A stretch of 64,000 nt of DNA from a virus, in IMG/VR virus record IMGVR_UViG_3300023210_000013, positions 1 to 64,000 of that record; one strand, written 5' to 3'. This document shows positions 55,563-64,000 of this stretch, in pieces. The position numbers and the translations under genes were made by a program. The stretch's first letter is position 1; each line of letters opens with the position of its first letter. The notes under the pieces were generated by a model. The model saw only the letters and a program-made list of their open reading frames with translations. It was not told the origin of the DNA and searched no databases.

Positions 55563-57245
55563 TTAAGGTTGAGGTAGACATATTTGTTCAAGAGTTACTG
55601 TTACACCTGGTACAGGTGTGTAAGCACGCGCACATATAGTTATAACCGGTCTTACATCTGGTTCAGCACTAAATAATATAGTTTGGTCAGGAAATCCGTC
55701 ACAATTAACATATTGAAATGCTGTTGATTGGTTTGCTATTCCTTCAACTCTATATTGATTACATATTTGTGGTGTTTCTGCTTGAGCTGTTTCAAAAGGA
55801 ACATCATCACAATACGTTGTAAACCCATTTAAGTTTATTACAAGTTTAACTACATAACTTGTTTCAGCAGATAAGCCCGTTGCATTAAAGCTTACAACAG
55901 CACCTGGGTTATTTCTAACTTCAGTGAATGCTATTGTTTGCGGTAAAGAAACTGTCATAACATATAAACTATATGTTGCTGTTGTTCCTAAATTATTTGT
56001 AAATGCTACCGTTGCTGTTGAATCTGTTATAGAACTAACACCTATATCTGAAGGGCAATTAGATGGGCTAGATAGAGTTTTACTAATACTGTCACTACAC
56101 TGGTTAGTACCATCTGTTGCACAAAATGCAACTTGCGTTGTAAATCCTTGAAATTTATTAAGTGATGCCAAAGATACTACCACAGGTGATCCTGATTGAG
56201 CAATACTTATATCTGTAGTAGTTGATGTAGATCCACCAATACCATCTGTTATTGTAAGAGTTGTAAAACCATTACAATCACTATATGCTGGTGGTATGTT
56301 ACATCCTGAAAAATTAAAAGAAATAGATGATGCATTTCCTGTAGCATCTGTATTAAGAGTTGCTGAATAAGCAAATGTAATATCATCACACCCACTTCCA
56401 CAACAAGTTGTTTGTATTGATTCTATTGCAGCATACATATCACATACTATAGCCCATAAGTTACCATGAGATTGAGCAAGTGTTGATGGGTTATTAACCC
56501 AACTACCAGCTGAACCGTAAGTAGCACTACTTGATAACATTCCTGTTGATCCAGTTATACAACTTTGATTGATTGCTAAACCTATTAAGGCAGGACTACC
56601 AACTGCATTTTCTAAATTACATAATTTAGATTCAACTTCTGATAACAAAGCTGTTACAGCCATTGATAAACCAGGATTGATACATTGGGATATAAGACTT
56701 CCAGATCCACCGCCTCCTGCCGGAGTACATGATCCATCTGTTAAAACACAATTTTCTAATGTAATTAATCTTGTTTCATGATTATTAATAGTAACATTAA
56801 TTAAATTAATACTATCTAATATATCACAAATTTTTCCAGCTAGATACGCTGCATATAAATCTAATCTTAAAGCTGTTATTTGTTGAACTCCTACAGTATA
56901 ATATAAACATATTGGTAAATCTATAGTAGGTAAAACATACGCTGGTTTTTCAGTAGTATTACATATTTTATCAATAATTAACTGTAAAGTATCTGAGAGT
57001 TTTTTTGGAGCTTCTTGTCCTCCAGGTAATACACATTTTAAATCAAGACCTGAAAGATCAGGTTCTCCTGCAACTGAATCTATAATTTTACAAAGCTCTT
57101 CAGCAAGCTTTGCAATAACTTCACTTACACTGTCACCATTGCATATGTCTATACACGGTAGATCCGGACCTTGCCAGATGACACAATTTGAAGATATGTT
57201 AGAGCACGGTGTTGTGCTTCCATTATTCGTTGGTATCATAAACAT
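55563..57245 (-). CDS. Cys-rich structural protein with FN3-like domain
   Basis: SSNCVIWQGPDLPCI..CNGD motif; SSITDSTATV...TGLSAETSYVV. Confidence 0.7.
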   Translation of the reverse strand: MFMIPTNNGSTTPCSNISSNCVIWQGPDLPCIDICNGDSVSEVIAKLAEELCKIIDSVAGEPDLSGLDLKCVLPGGQEAPKKLSDTLQLIIDKICNTTEKPAYVLPTIDLPICLYYTVGVQQITALRLDLYAAYLAGKICDILDSINLINVTINNHETRLITLENCVLTDGSCTPAGGGGSGSLISQCINPGLSMAVTALLSEVESKLCNLENAVGSPALIGLAINQSCITGSTGMLSSSATYGSAGSWVNNPSTLAQSHGNLWAIVCDMYAAIESIQTTCCGSGCDDITFAYSATLNTDATGNASSISFNFSGCNIPPAYSDCNGFTTLTITDGIGGSTSTTTDISIAQSGSPVVVSLASLNKFQGFTTQVAFCATDGTNQCSDSISKTLSSPSNCPSDIGVSSITDSTATVAFTNNLGTTATYSLYVMTVSLPQTIAFTEVRNNPGAVVSFNATGLSAETSYVVKLVINLNGFTTYCDDVPFETAQAETPQICNQYRVEGIANQSTAFQYVNCDGFPDQTILFSAEPDVRPVITICARAYTPVPGVTVTLEQICLPQP

Positions 57246-57280
57246 CTTATTTTAAAACCTAGTAACTTACCGGTATATAA

Positions 57281-57294
57281 TATAATATACAAAA
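57281..57294 (-). promoter_or_regulatory. conserved phage promoter motif
   Basis: - strand TTTTGTATATTATA, 35 nt upstream of 57245. Confidence 0.65.
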
Positions 57295-57369
57295 GTTTTT
57301 GCAATCAAACAAGTAGTTCAATCACTTTAAGTTATAAAATAAGATGTTATGTATATAGTATACTAATAA

Positions 57370-57642
57370 TTAGTTATCTACTAGTGCCGGTTCTGCTTCA
57401 GAAATAGCACCATCTGCTAAAGAAATATTAACTTCTCCATACGTTTCTTGTAACGTAGCAGACATTTCTTTTAATGAATTTTTTAAAGATGCATGATCTT
57501 GAAGTAATTCATATTTAGCAATTTCAATATTACCTAAATTTACTAAAGCATTATTAATATTAGATTGTAAAGTTTGTAAAGCTACTAATTCTTCAGATGT
57601 AACTTTTTTTGATTCTACAACTTTTTTTAATTTTTTTGCCAT
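57370..57642 (-). CDS. small coiled-coil protein (possible fibre assembly chaperone)
   Basis: Heptad helix ending L.E.YG.V.I.L.DG.I. Confidence 0.65.
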   Translation of the reverse strand: MAKKLKKVVESKKVTSEELVALQTLQSNINNALVNLGNIEIAKYELLQDHASLKNSLKEMSATLQETYGEVNISLADGAISEAEPALVDN

Positions 57643-57671
57643 GATGGTTTATTTTTATAATGTTTATACTT

Positions 57672-57679
57672 CAAAGATA
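57672..57679 (-). promoter_or_regulatory. Bacteroidota -7 promoter TATCTTTG
   Basis: Exact consensus 29 nt upstream of 57642. Confidence 0.55.
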
Positions 57680-57703
57680 ATAAAATTATTTTAATTATAA
57701 TTA

Positions 57704-58894
57704 CTATCTAGGTACCATTTTTTGCATGTAAATAGTCAAACCATTTTCTAATTCAAATGCCATAGTACCAAACTTCTCATCAAAATAAGCATTTTTAACT
57801 CCTTCCATACTACCACCATCTGCACCTGCAGGACCTGCCGGTCCCGGTGCTCCTGCAGTACCTGTATTACCTTTTGGACCTGTTGATCCAGCGGGCCCTC
57901 TAGCTCCTGCTGCCCCGGTATTACCTTTAGCTCCAGCCGCACCAGCTGCTCCAGTAAGCCCTCTTGCACCGGCTGCTCCTGCAGCACCAGTATTACCTTT
58001 AGCTCCAGCTGCTCCAGCCGCACCAGCTGCTCCTGTTAGTCCTCTAGGTCCTTGTAAATTTGTAGCTTCTCCTACCCATATACCTTTACTATCAATTACT
58101 GTTGTACCTGCTATAGCTAGAAAACCTACATCAGCTACATTTTTTAATTTTAATCTACCGTTTGTAGTTAATGACATTGCTCCATCATTATTTCCTTGAC
58201 CTTCATATTTCCAAACCCATCCTCGGTCTGCATCATTATTCATTTGAAATACTGTAGCATAATCATTTAAATAACCATAAGATTGACCAGATACCATACC
58301 AAGACCATAAGTAGTTGAATTACCCCAGAATCTATATTTACTTGAATTATCACCTGAATTAGTATAGTGACTTGCTCCACCATTTGGTCCGGCTGGACCT
58401 ACTGCACCAGCATCACCTTTGGCTCCAGCTGCTCCGGCTGCACCTGCAGAACCGGCAGGCCCTCTAGCACCAGCTGCCCCAGCTGTCCCGGCTGCTCCTG
58501 TAAGTCCTCTTGCTCCTGCTGAACCCGCGTCTCCTTTTGCACCTGCGGCTCCAGCGTCTCCCTTAGCACCTGCTGGTCCTCTTGCACCAGCTGATCCGTT
58601 AGTACCGTCTGTTCCTGCAGGTCCTCTATCACCTTTAGCACCCGCTGCTCCATCTGCCCCATTTGAACCATCTGTTCCTGCGGGACCTCTTGCTCCATCA
58701 GCTCCGTCACTACCATTAGTTCCATTAGTCCCGTCAGCACCTCTTGCACCACCGTCACCCTTTGGACCTGTTAATCCTACACCCCCGGTATTTCCTTTTG
58801 GGCCTACAAATTGAGGAAAATTAGTAGTATTAAAGTTTCCTGTGTGTAATGCTTCATTACCACCAATTGTTGTTCCTTGTTTTAAATCTGCCAT
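57704..58894 (-). CDS. collagen-like tail fibre protein
   Basis: Two Gly-X-Y tracts flank a globular insert; N-terminus MADLKQGTTIGG...HTGNF resembles the T4 gp36 N-terminus. Confidence 0.8.
   Translation of the reverse strand: MADLKQGTTIGGNEALHTGNFNTTNFPQFVGPKGNTGGVGLTGPKGDGGARGADGTNGTNGSDGADGARGPAGTDGSNGADGAAGAKGDRGPAGTDGTNGSAGARGPAGAKGDAGAAGAKGDAGSAGARGLTGAAGTAGAAGARGPAGSAGAAGAAGAKGDAGAVGPAGPNGGASHYTNSGDNSSKYRFWGNSTTYGLGMVSGQSYGYLNDYATVFQMNNDADRGWVWKYEGQGNNDGAMSLTTNGRLKLKNVADVGFLAIAGTTVIDSKGIWVGEATNLQGPRGLTGAAGAAGAAGAKGNTGAAGAAGARGLTGAAGAAGAKGNTGAAGARGPAGSTGPKGNTGTAGAPGPAGPAGADGGSMEGVKNAYFDEKFGTMAFELENGLTIYMQKMVPR
57820..58810 (-). repeat. collagen Gly-X-Y repeats (two tracts, about 57820-58050 and 58380-58810)
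   Basis: GAAGAK/GARGPA/GTNG repeats; locally high GC. Confidence 0.85.
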
Positions 58895-58895
58895 T

Positions 58896-58997
58896 TTATT
58901 GTATATTTTGATTTGCTGTCACTAAACATTCAGTTGAAGAACACCCTGAGCCTTCTCCACCACATACTTCACACAAATATAATTCTTTATTATTCAT
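58896..58997 (-). CDS. 33-aa Cys4 micro-protein
   Basis: MNNKELYLCEVCGGEGSGCSSTECLVTANQNIQ; overlaps the upstream stop and ends 1 nt before the next ATG. Confidence 0.45.
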   Translation of the reverse strand: MNNKELYLCEVCGGEGSGCSSTECLVTANQNIQ

Positions 58998-60852
58998 TGT
59001 CTTCTATTATATTATGTGCATTTACACTTCCTCTTTTAGTAGATTTACCTAACACACCTGTAATACCAAGTGGATCTACTTCATAAATTCCAGGTAATGC
59101 CCACCATGTTTTATGTGATGTCTTACCATTATAGTAATCTAACCATCTTAAATGTATTTGATCATCTCCTTCTTTAAATCTAGAGACTCTAATATTACCC
59201 CCATTAGCTCCTACACTACCAAGTGTTTTTGTATTGTTATCAGCACTTCCATTTTCATAATTACCAAAAGCTCTACACCAGTGTTTAGTGTAAAACTCAT
59301 TACCTTGAGCATCAGTAAACCAATGCGGTAAAAACCAATAAGCCATTAATGACCATTTATCTTTTTCTACATTACCTGCTCCTGGGTAATGTGAATAAGG
59401 GTTTGTTGTATTACTAGTTCCTGAATAAGCATATGTAGGTACTAGTGAACCATTACTTCTTGTATGTGTACCTAGATAATTATTACCAGAAGTTTTTTCT
59501 TGACAATTCATCCAGATTAATCCAACATACATTTTATTAGAATCTATATTAACATAACCTATTTCACTATATCTGTTAGAATCACCTGTTAAGTTTTTAC
59601 CTTCATGGATGCTATATTCATTTCTTGCAGTAAGCGTTCTATTAAACCATCTTACTTGTTCTGTATCAAATCCAGATCCATATTGAGAATCTCCAAGGTT
59701 TGGTCTATTAGTTAAGTTTTTAGGTGAAGCCCATAAATCATAATAACTACCAGGATTACCTAATTGAAAACCTATATGTTCTGAAACATGTTGCCCAGAT
59801 AAAATATTTGATTGAATAGATGCATAACCTTTTGAATAAGGATGCATTCCACAACGTTGTATCTGTATATTCCGTATAGAAGAAATACCCTCATCAATAG
59901 AATCAGTCATATGATAATGTCCAGTTCTTAAATATTTAGCGGGAGCTCCACCTGTATTACTACCACTTGGTGTATCTCTTGCAGGACTCCACATAAAATA
60001 ATAATCAAATGTTTCCCATTCTACAGACTTAGAATCTTTTGAAGCAGATCTAATCCAACCATCTGAATCAGATGCAGACCAAAAATATGATCTTACACTA
60101 CCTCCAGCAGCAAACCTATCTCTAGATATTTTATGCTGCCCTGTCATTCTAACATATTCTCCTTCATATAATGATGCTCTACCAGTTTCTGGTATTGTAA
60201 AATATTTATGATGAAAACCATATCCTGTACCGTCATAGTTTATTTCAACCATGCTTTCACCATTATCTAAATCAGGACCATAACCTTCACTTCCAACTTC
60301 TCCCCAAATAGATGGTACTGCGTAAGAAACATATGCAGCATCTGCACCTGATGTATTTGTATGCAACACCTCTCTTATAATTCCCAATGCTGATGTACCT
60401 ATTGCCGCATAAGGATGTCTATGTGTAGGTCCTAAAGATAAACCTGGTAAATTAAACCAATGATTTGCTCTAACCATATCCATACTTTCTGCAAGATCTG
60501 AATTAGTTCCTATTGCATCAAATGATGATAAACAATAAAAAACATTTCCAAATTCATTAGAATGTATTGCTTTTAACTTGTTTGCTAAATTAGTTCTTTC
60601 TGCATCAGATGCATATACATCATATCTTCTAATGCCTTCAACCAATGTCATTTCTGGATGACTTATAATAGCAAGTGATAATCCCCTACCTCCTACATTT
60701 TCTCCTTGTTTACCATTATCCCATCTTATATATCCGGCACCAGTTTCATTAGCGTTATAACTTGTACCCTTGACCTCAATAAGGGAATGTAATGCCCCTA
60801 TGTGATCATGTATATTATTAACTTTTAAATCTCTGGTTTTAGTCAGTCTCAT
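58990..60852 (-). CDS. tail fibre hinge/receptor-binding protein with ILEI-like N-terminal domain
   Basis: RGLSLAII....YDVY......LA..L....SFDA...R.PYAAIG; W-rich beta-sandwich C-terminal half. Confidence 0.6.
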   Translation of the reverse strand: MRLTKTRDLKVNNIHDHIGALHSLIEVKGTSYNANETGAGYIRWDNGKQGENVGGRGLSLAIISHPEMTLVEGIRRYDVYASDAERTNLANKLKAIHSNEFGNVFYCLSSFDAIGTNSDLAESMDMVRANHWFNLPGLSLGPTHRHPYAAIGTSALGIIREVLHTNTSGADAAYVSYAVPSIWGEVGSEGYGPDLDNGESMVEINYDGTGYGFHHKYFTIPETGRASLYEGEYVRMTGQHKISRDRFAAGGSVRSYFWSASDSDGWIRSASKDSKSVEWETFDYYFMWSPARDTPSGSNTGGAPAKYLRTGHYHMTDSIDEGISSIRNIQIQRCGMHPYSKGYASIQSNILSGQHVSEHIGFQLGNPGSYYDLWASPKNLTNRPNLGDSQYGSGFDTEQVRWFNRTLTARNEYSIHEGKNLTGDSNRYSEIGYVNIDSNKMYVGLIWMNCQEKTSGNNYLGTHTRSNGSLVPTYAYSGTSNTTNPYSHYPGAGNVEKDKWSLMAYWFLPHWFTDAQGNEFYTKHWCRAFGNYENGSADNNTKTLGSVGANGGNIRVSRFKEGDDQIHLRWLDYYNGKTSHKTWWALPGIYEVDPLGITGVLGKSTKRGSVNAHNIIEDNE

Positions 60853-60856
60853 TTTC

Positions 60857-62263
60857 TTATACTATAAATCTCATTGTTGTTCCATCATATGTAATAACTG
60901 ATCCATTAATACCTAATGATGTACCGTCAAATGTTAAGTTTGCTTCCCCATTAACTGTTGTTCCACCTGTAGCTGTTATTACTCTATTGTTACTATTATT
61001 TAAAACATCTAAAGTAGGTCCTGTTGCACCGTCAGTTCCGTCAGTCCCATTGGTACCGTTAGTTCCATTAGTTCCGTTTGTTCCATCAGTACCATCAGTA
61101 CCATCAACACCAGGATCACCTTTAGCCCCAGGGTCACCCTTGGCTCCTGGATCACCTTTTTCACCGGGCTCTCCTTTTTCACCAGGATCCCCTTTAGCTC
61201 CGGGATCTCCATTAGTACCATCAGTACCATTGGTGCCATCTACTCCGTTAGTTCCATTGGTTCCATTGGTTCCGTCTGATCCATTTGTTCCTGGATCACC
61301 ATCAACCCCATCAACCCCATTGGTTCCATCACTTCCATCTGTTCCGTTGGTACCATTTGTACCATTTGTACCATCTGTACCCGGATTACCTTTGTCTCCT
61401 TTAGGTCCTGTATTCCAAGAACATGCACCTGAATCTGAGTTATAAGTTGAATCACCGCCAGGAAGTATTATAACACCAGGCATCCATTTTAAAGATCCCG
61501 TGTCTGCATTATGTTGAGCAATAAGTAACCAATTTTCATTAGGTATAACACTTGAACCATTATAATCAAGAACATGCAATGTACCTGATTGATAATCTTC
61601 ACCGTATTTTTGTATCCAATATAATCCCCACCATCCTGGAACGTCAATTCCTGTATTAGCGGGTATATCTATGTGACCATTACTACTTAAGTTTTTACTT
61701 ACAGGTATACAGATAATCCTAGATGTCCACTTTAATACACCGTTTTTCCAAGTAACAGTACCACCACCACTCATAGAGTAGTTAGCATGTGCACCTTCAA
61801 ATACAGTTGTTAAATCTTGATCAACTGTTGCACCTGCACTAATACCATCTAATTTTGTTTTTAATGCTGCTGTAAAGTTCTTTGTGGTTAATCCACCGTC
61901 ACCTACAGAATATGTTGTGTCTTTATCTGATGTTGTAACCGTTGATGTTGTATCATCTGCATGAGTAAATGTAATTGTATCATTACTAACTGATGCTGAT
62001 TTAATTGGGTTTACACTAGCATCTAATTTATTACCAATGCTGGTAGATATAGTTGTAGAAAAATTAGGATCATCACCTAATGCAGCTGCCAATTCATTTA
62101 ATGTATCTAATGTAACAGGTGCGGAATTAACTAAGTTTGTTATAGATGTTGTTACAAATTCTTTTGTAGCAACAGTTTTACCCAAGTGAGTCATTACATC
62201 AGTAGATGCAATCTGTTCTCCGCTTATGGTTAATTCTCTTTTAGATGGTGTAGTTGTTGCCAT
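60857..62263 (-). CDS. tail fibre protein with collagen repeats
   Basis: LVNSAP.TLDTLNELAAALGDDPNF fibre motif; (GTN/GTD)n and GDPG[AE]K tracts; C-terminal NNRVITATG...GEANLTFDG. Confidence 0.85.
   Translation of the reverse strand: MATTTPSKRELTISGEQIASTDVMTHLGKTVATKEFVTTSITNLVNSAPVTLDTLNELAAALGDDPNFSTTISTSIGNKLDASVNPIKSASVSNDTITFTHADDTTSTVTTSDKDTTYSVGDGGLTTKNFTAALKTKLDGISAGATVDQDLTTVFEGAHANYSMSGGGTVTWKNGVLKWTSRIICIPVSKNLSSNGHIDIPANTGIDVPGWWGLYWIQKYGEDYQSGTLHVLDYNGSSVIPNENWLLIAQHNADTGSLKWMPGVIILPGGDSTYNSDSGACSWNTGPKGDKGNPGTDGTNGTNGTNGTDGSDGTNGVDGVDGDPGTNGSDGTNGTNGTNGVDGTNGTDGTNGDPGAKGDPGEKGEPGEKGDPGAKGDPGAKGDPGVDGTDGTDGTNGTNGTNGTNGTDGTDGATGPTLDVLNNSNNRVITATGGTTVNGEANLTFDGTSLGINGSVITYDGTTMRFIV
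61018..61410 (-). repeat. collagen-like tandem repeats
   Basis: GTNGTNGTDG and GDPGEK/GDPGAK repeats. Confidence 0.85.
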
Positions 62264-64000
62264 TATCTTAATCTTTTTCTATTATGTTTGTGTTTGATAT
62301 TAGTCTTTTTTGCTGCATCATGCATGGATGAATAATTCACACTCATAGAACCAGCTTCAACATAAAAAGGACTTCTATCATAAAAACCTTTTGCTGAAAT
62401 CTTTACTTTTAATTGTGTACCTGTAGAAGTGAATACATGAGATTCACTTGAGGTCATATTATATGATTCATACGTTGATCCATTATCATTAGACACTTGA
62501 GCATTTACAGTGCAATTAGCAGGTATAACAAAATTATCCATATTATGTAAAAAAACCATATCAACGTTTGCATTATTTTCTAATGTAAACGTACCATATA
62601 CTACATGCCAATCACCTATAAGTTCATATGGATGTTGATCTTCTCTATGTATTTTAAAAGAATGACCATCACCTGAGTATCCCATCCTTATCCAGTATTT
62701 ACTACCGTTAGCTGATTCCATTAAAACAGGTGAGTGACCGTAGTCACTTTGTGCTGTAGAACCTCTACCATTAGTAGTTGTATCTTCTTTGTGGCTGCTT
62801 CTTCTTCTAGGAGCCCAGGTTTTACCTGCACCTATATCATGATAACATAAGTCCAACATTGCCCATCCTCTGTCAGCACCAACAAACATAAAATTCTTTG
62901 AACCTGGTAATTTATCAGTAGGAGTACCTTCTGTCTTTTGAAATTTTGATCCTACTCTTAAGTAACCGGGTTGATTAACATTTGTAGTAACATTATTTAA
63001 TGGGTTAGCTTCTATTACATTTGGAACACCTCCGGTAAAACAAGGAGTATAATCTACTTTTAATATATGATCATATCCACCACACATTATAACATTTGGT
63101 TCTGAGTTAGGGTTTATAACAAATAAACCAGGATCTCTATTATACCCATTAACTGTCTTAACTGAATTAGTTCCTGCTACAGTATCTTCTAAATCACACC
63201 ATAGTGTTTTTGCGTCATTTGTTGAAGCATCTAGTATAACAGTAAATCCACCGTTCCCTTCATAATCCCAATAATACATTCTATCATTTACTTCATCATA
63301 AGATAAAGAACCTCTATAACCATTTCTATCATTAGTTGCAGAACCATCATATTTAGTTACTGAAGATTCTAACATTTGTTGTTCTCCTGTAAGTAAATTT
63401 CTTCTTGGAAATTTTTTGTAATGTCTAGCATCATGTTCTGAAGCATATATCCAATCACCCGCGGCACACAAACCACCAGCATACCAATACCCAGTTCTTC
63501 TGACATATCCATTTGCTCTTGAGTTTGTACCAGATGTATCAATAAAATCTGTAGGGTTTGGATGACTTGGTCTATCTTCTCTAATTACGGCACCTCCATT
63601 AGTAATACCATCTTTAGCACCTCTATAATCAAATATAGAATAGCCATATACATTGTAAGACATAACAACAGCTTTACCAGCACCCTTAGCCATAGCTACA
63701 GATTGCATGTGATTATATGTACTAGTTGTGTCTCTCCATAATGCATGACTATCATGATATAACTTAGTCATTGTACCATCATTATTAAGTCTTCTGAAAG
63801 CTACGCCATCACCCCAACCACATGTCATTAATATATCACCATCTATATCATATGAGTTATGTCCACCAATACATCTTTCTCCACCATCATATTCACCTGA
63901 TCCGCTATTAATAATGGCATTACTCATCCCTCCCTTTTGAACAGGACCTAGTGCATGAGTACCCTCATAGTCTGTCATAAAACAACCAACAACTTCAGAA
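62263..64000 (-). CDS. virion structural/tail protein, beta-propeller-like (5' end probably outside window)
   Basis: Frame is open from the window edge (SEVVGCFM...); beta-rich; C-terminal VSNDNGSTYE...H.F.STG.QLK.KI module. Confidence 0.65.
   Translation of the reverse strand, partial: SEVVGCFMTDYEGTHALGPVQKGGMSNAIINSGSGEYDGGERCIGGHNSYDIDGDILMTCGWGDGVAFRRLNNDGTMTKLYHDSHALWRDTTSTYNHMQSVAMAKGAGKAVVMSYNVYGYSIFDYRGAKDGITNGGAVIREDRPSHPNPTDFIDTSGTNSRANGYVRRTGYWYAGGLCAAGDWIYASEHDARHYKKFPRRNLLTGEQQMLESSVTKYDGSATNDRNGYRGSLSYDEVNDRMYYWDYEGNGGFTVILDASTNDAKTLWCDLEDTVAGTNSVKTVNGYNRDPGLFVINPNSEPNVIMCGGYDHILKVDYTPCFTGGVPNVIEANPLNNVTTNVNQPGYLRVGSKFQKTEGTPTDKLPGSKNFMFVGADRGWAMLDLCYHDIGAGKTWAPRRRSSHKEDTTTNGRGSTAQSDYGHSPVLMESANGSKYWIRMGYSGDGHSFKIHREDQHPYELIGDWHVVYGTFTLENNANVDMVFLHNMDNFVIPANCTVNAQVSNDNGSTYESYNMTSSESHVFTSTGTQLKVKISAKGFYDRSPFYVEAGSMSVNYSSMHDAAKKTNIKHKHNRKRLR

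Noticed and set aside
61018-61410. Tandem repeats as a CRISPR array or DGR template/variable repeat
   Set aside because: The 9/18-nt periodic degenerate repeats encode Gly-X-Y. There are no unique spacers, no reverse transcriptase, and no adenine-specific repeat pair seen.
57748-61455. Alternative-frame and antisense ORFs at 57748, 58399, 58419, 60987, 61009 and 61240
   Set aside because: Shadows of stop-poor collagen repeats overlapping well-supported fibre genes.
1-64000. Stop-codon reassignment (TAG or TGA), known in some crAss-like phages
   Set aside because: Genes up to 14 kb are uninterrupted in the standard code, and both TAG (5736, 53009, 57704) and TGA (1275, 1892, 10957) end genes at sensible positions.

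Overview
About 64 kb of an AT-rich (roughly 30-33% GC by eye) crAss-like (Crassvirales-type, phi14:2-like) bacteriophage genome, probably infecting an aquatic Bacteroidota/Flavobacteriia host. Host evidence: TAnnTTTG promoters, A-rich leaders without Shine-Dalgarno sites, and a flavobacterial-type RNR. Standard genetic code. Layout: (i) 1-2.5 kb, + strand, end of a nucleotide-metabolism/accessory block (MazG-like, DUF932-like, DUF1599-like, small ORFs) closed by a bidirectional terminator. (ii) 2.6-7.7 kb, - strand, three fibre-like genes sharing an N-terminal domain plus a putative holin cluster. (iii) 7.9-11.2 kb, + strand, ribonucleotide reductase operon with class Id signatures. (iv) 11.2-13.1 kb, a three-gene exported/outer-membrane cassette. 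(v) 13.2-45.3 kb, virion cargo/ejection module, including a 4761-aa virion RNA polymerase polyprotein (DFDID motif, internal zincin) and a 1442-aa multi-module peptidoglycan hydrolase. (vi) 45.3-64 kb, tail muzzle (with an inserted vWA domain), ring proteins, IHF-like protein, metallophosphoesterase and tail fibres with collagen repeats. Best novelty candidates: a recurrent (P)-x-[AMYF]-[QK]-x-G-(G) peptide tag that delimits modules in three cargo proteins and makes up almost all of one micro-protein; only two cysteines in about 9,200 aa of cargo, sitting at the adjoining termini of the two largest proteins; strong CGA/TCG trinucleotide avoidance; and a 3'-UTR hairpin whose loop is complementary to AAACCAA motifs in several leaders. 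All family assignments are from motif recognition, not database searches.
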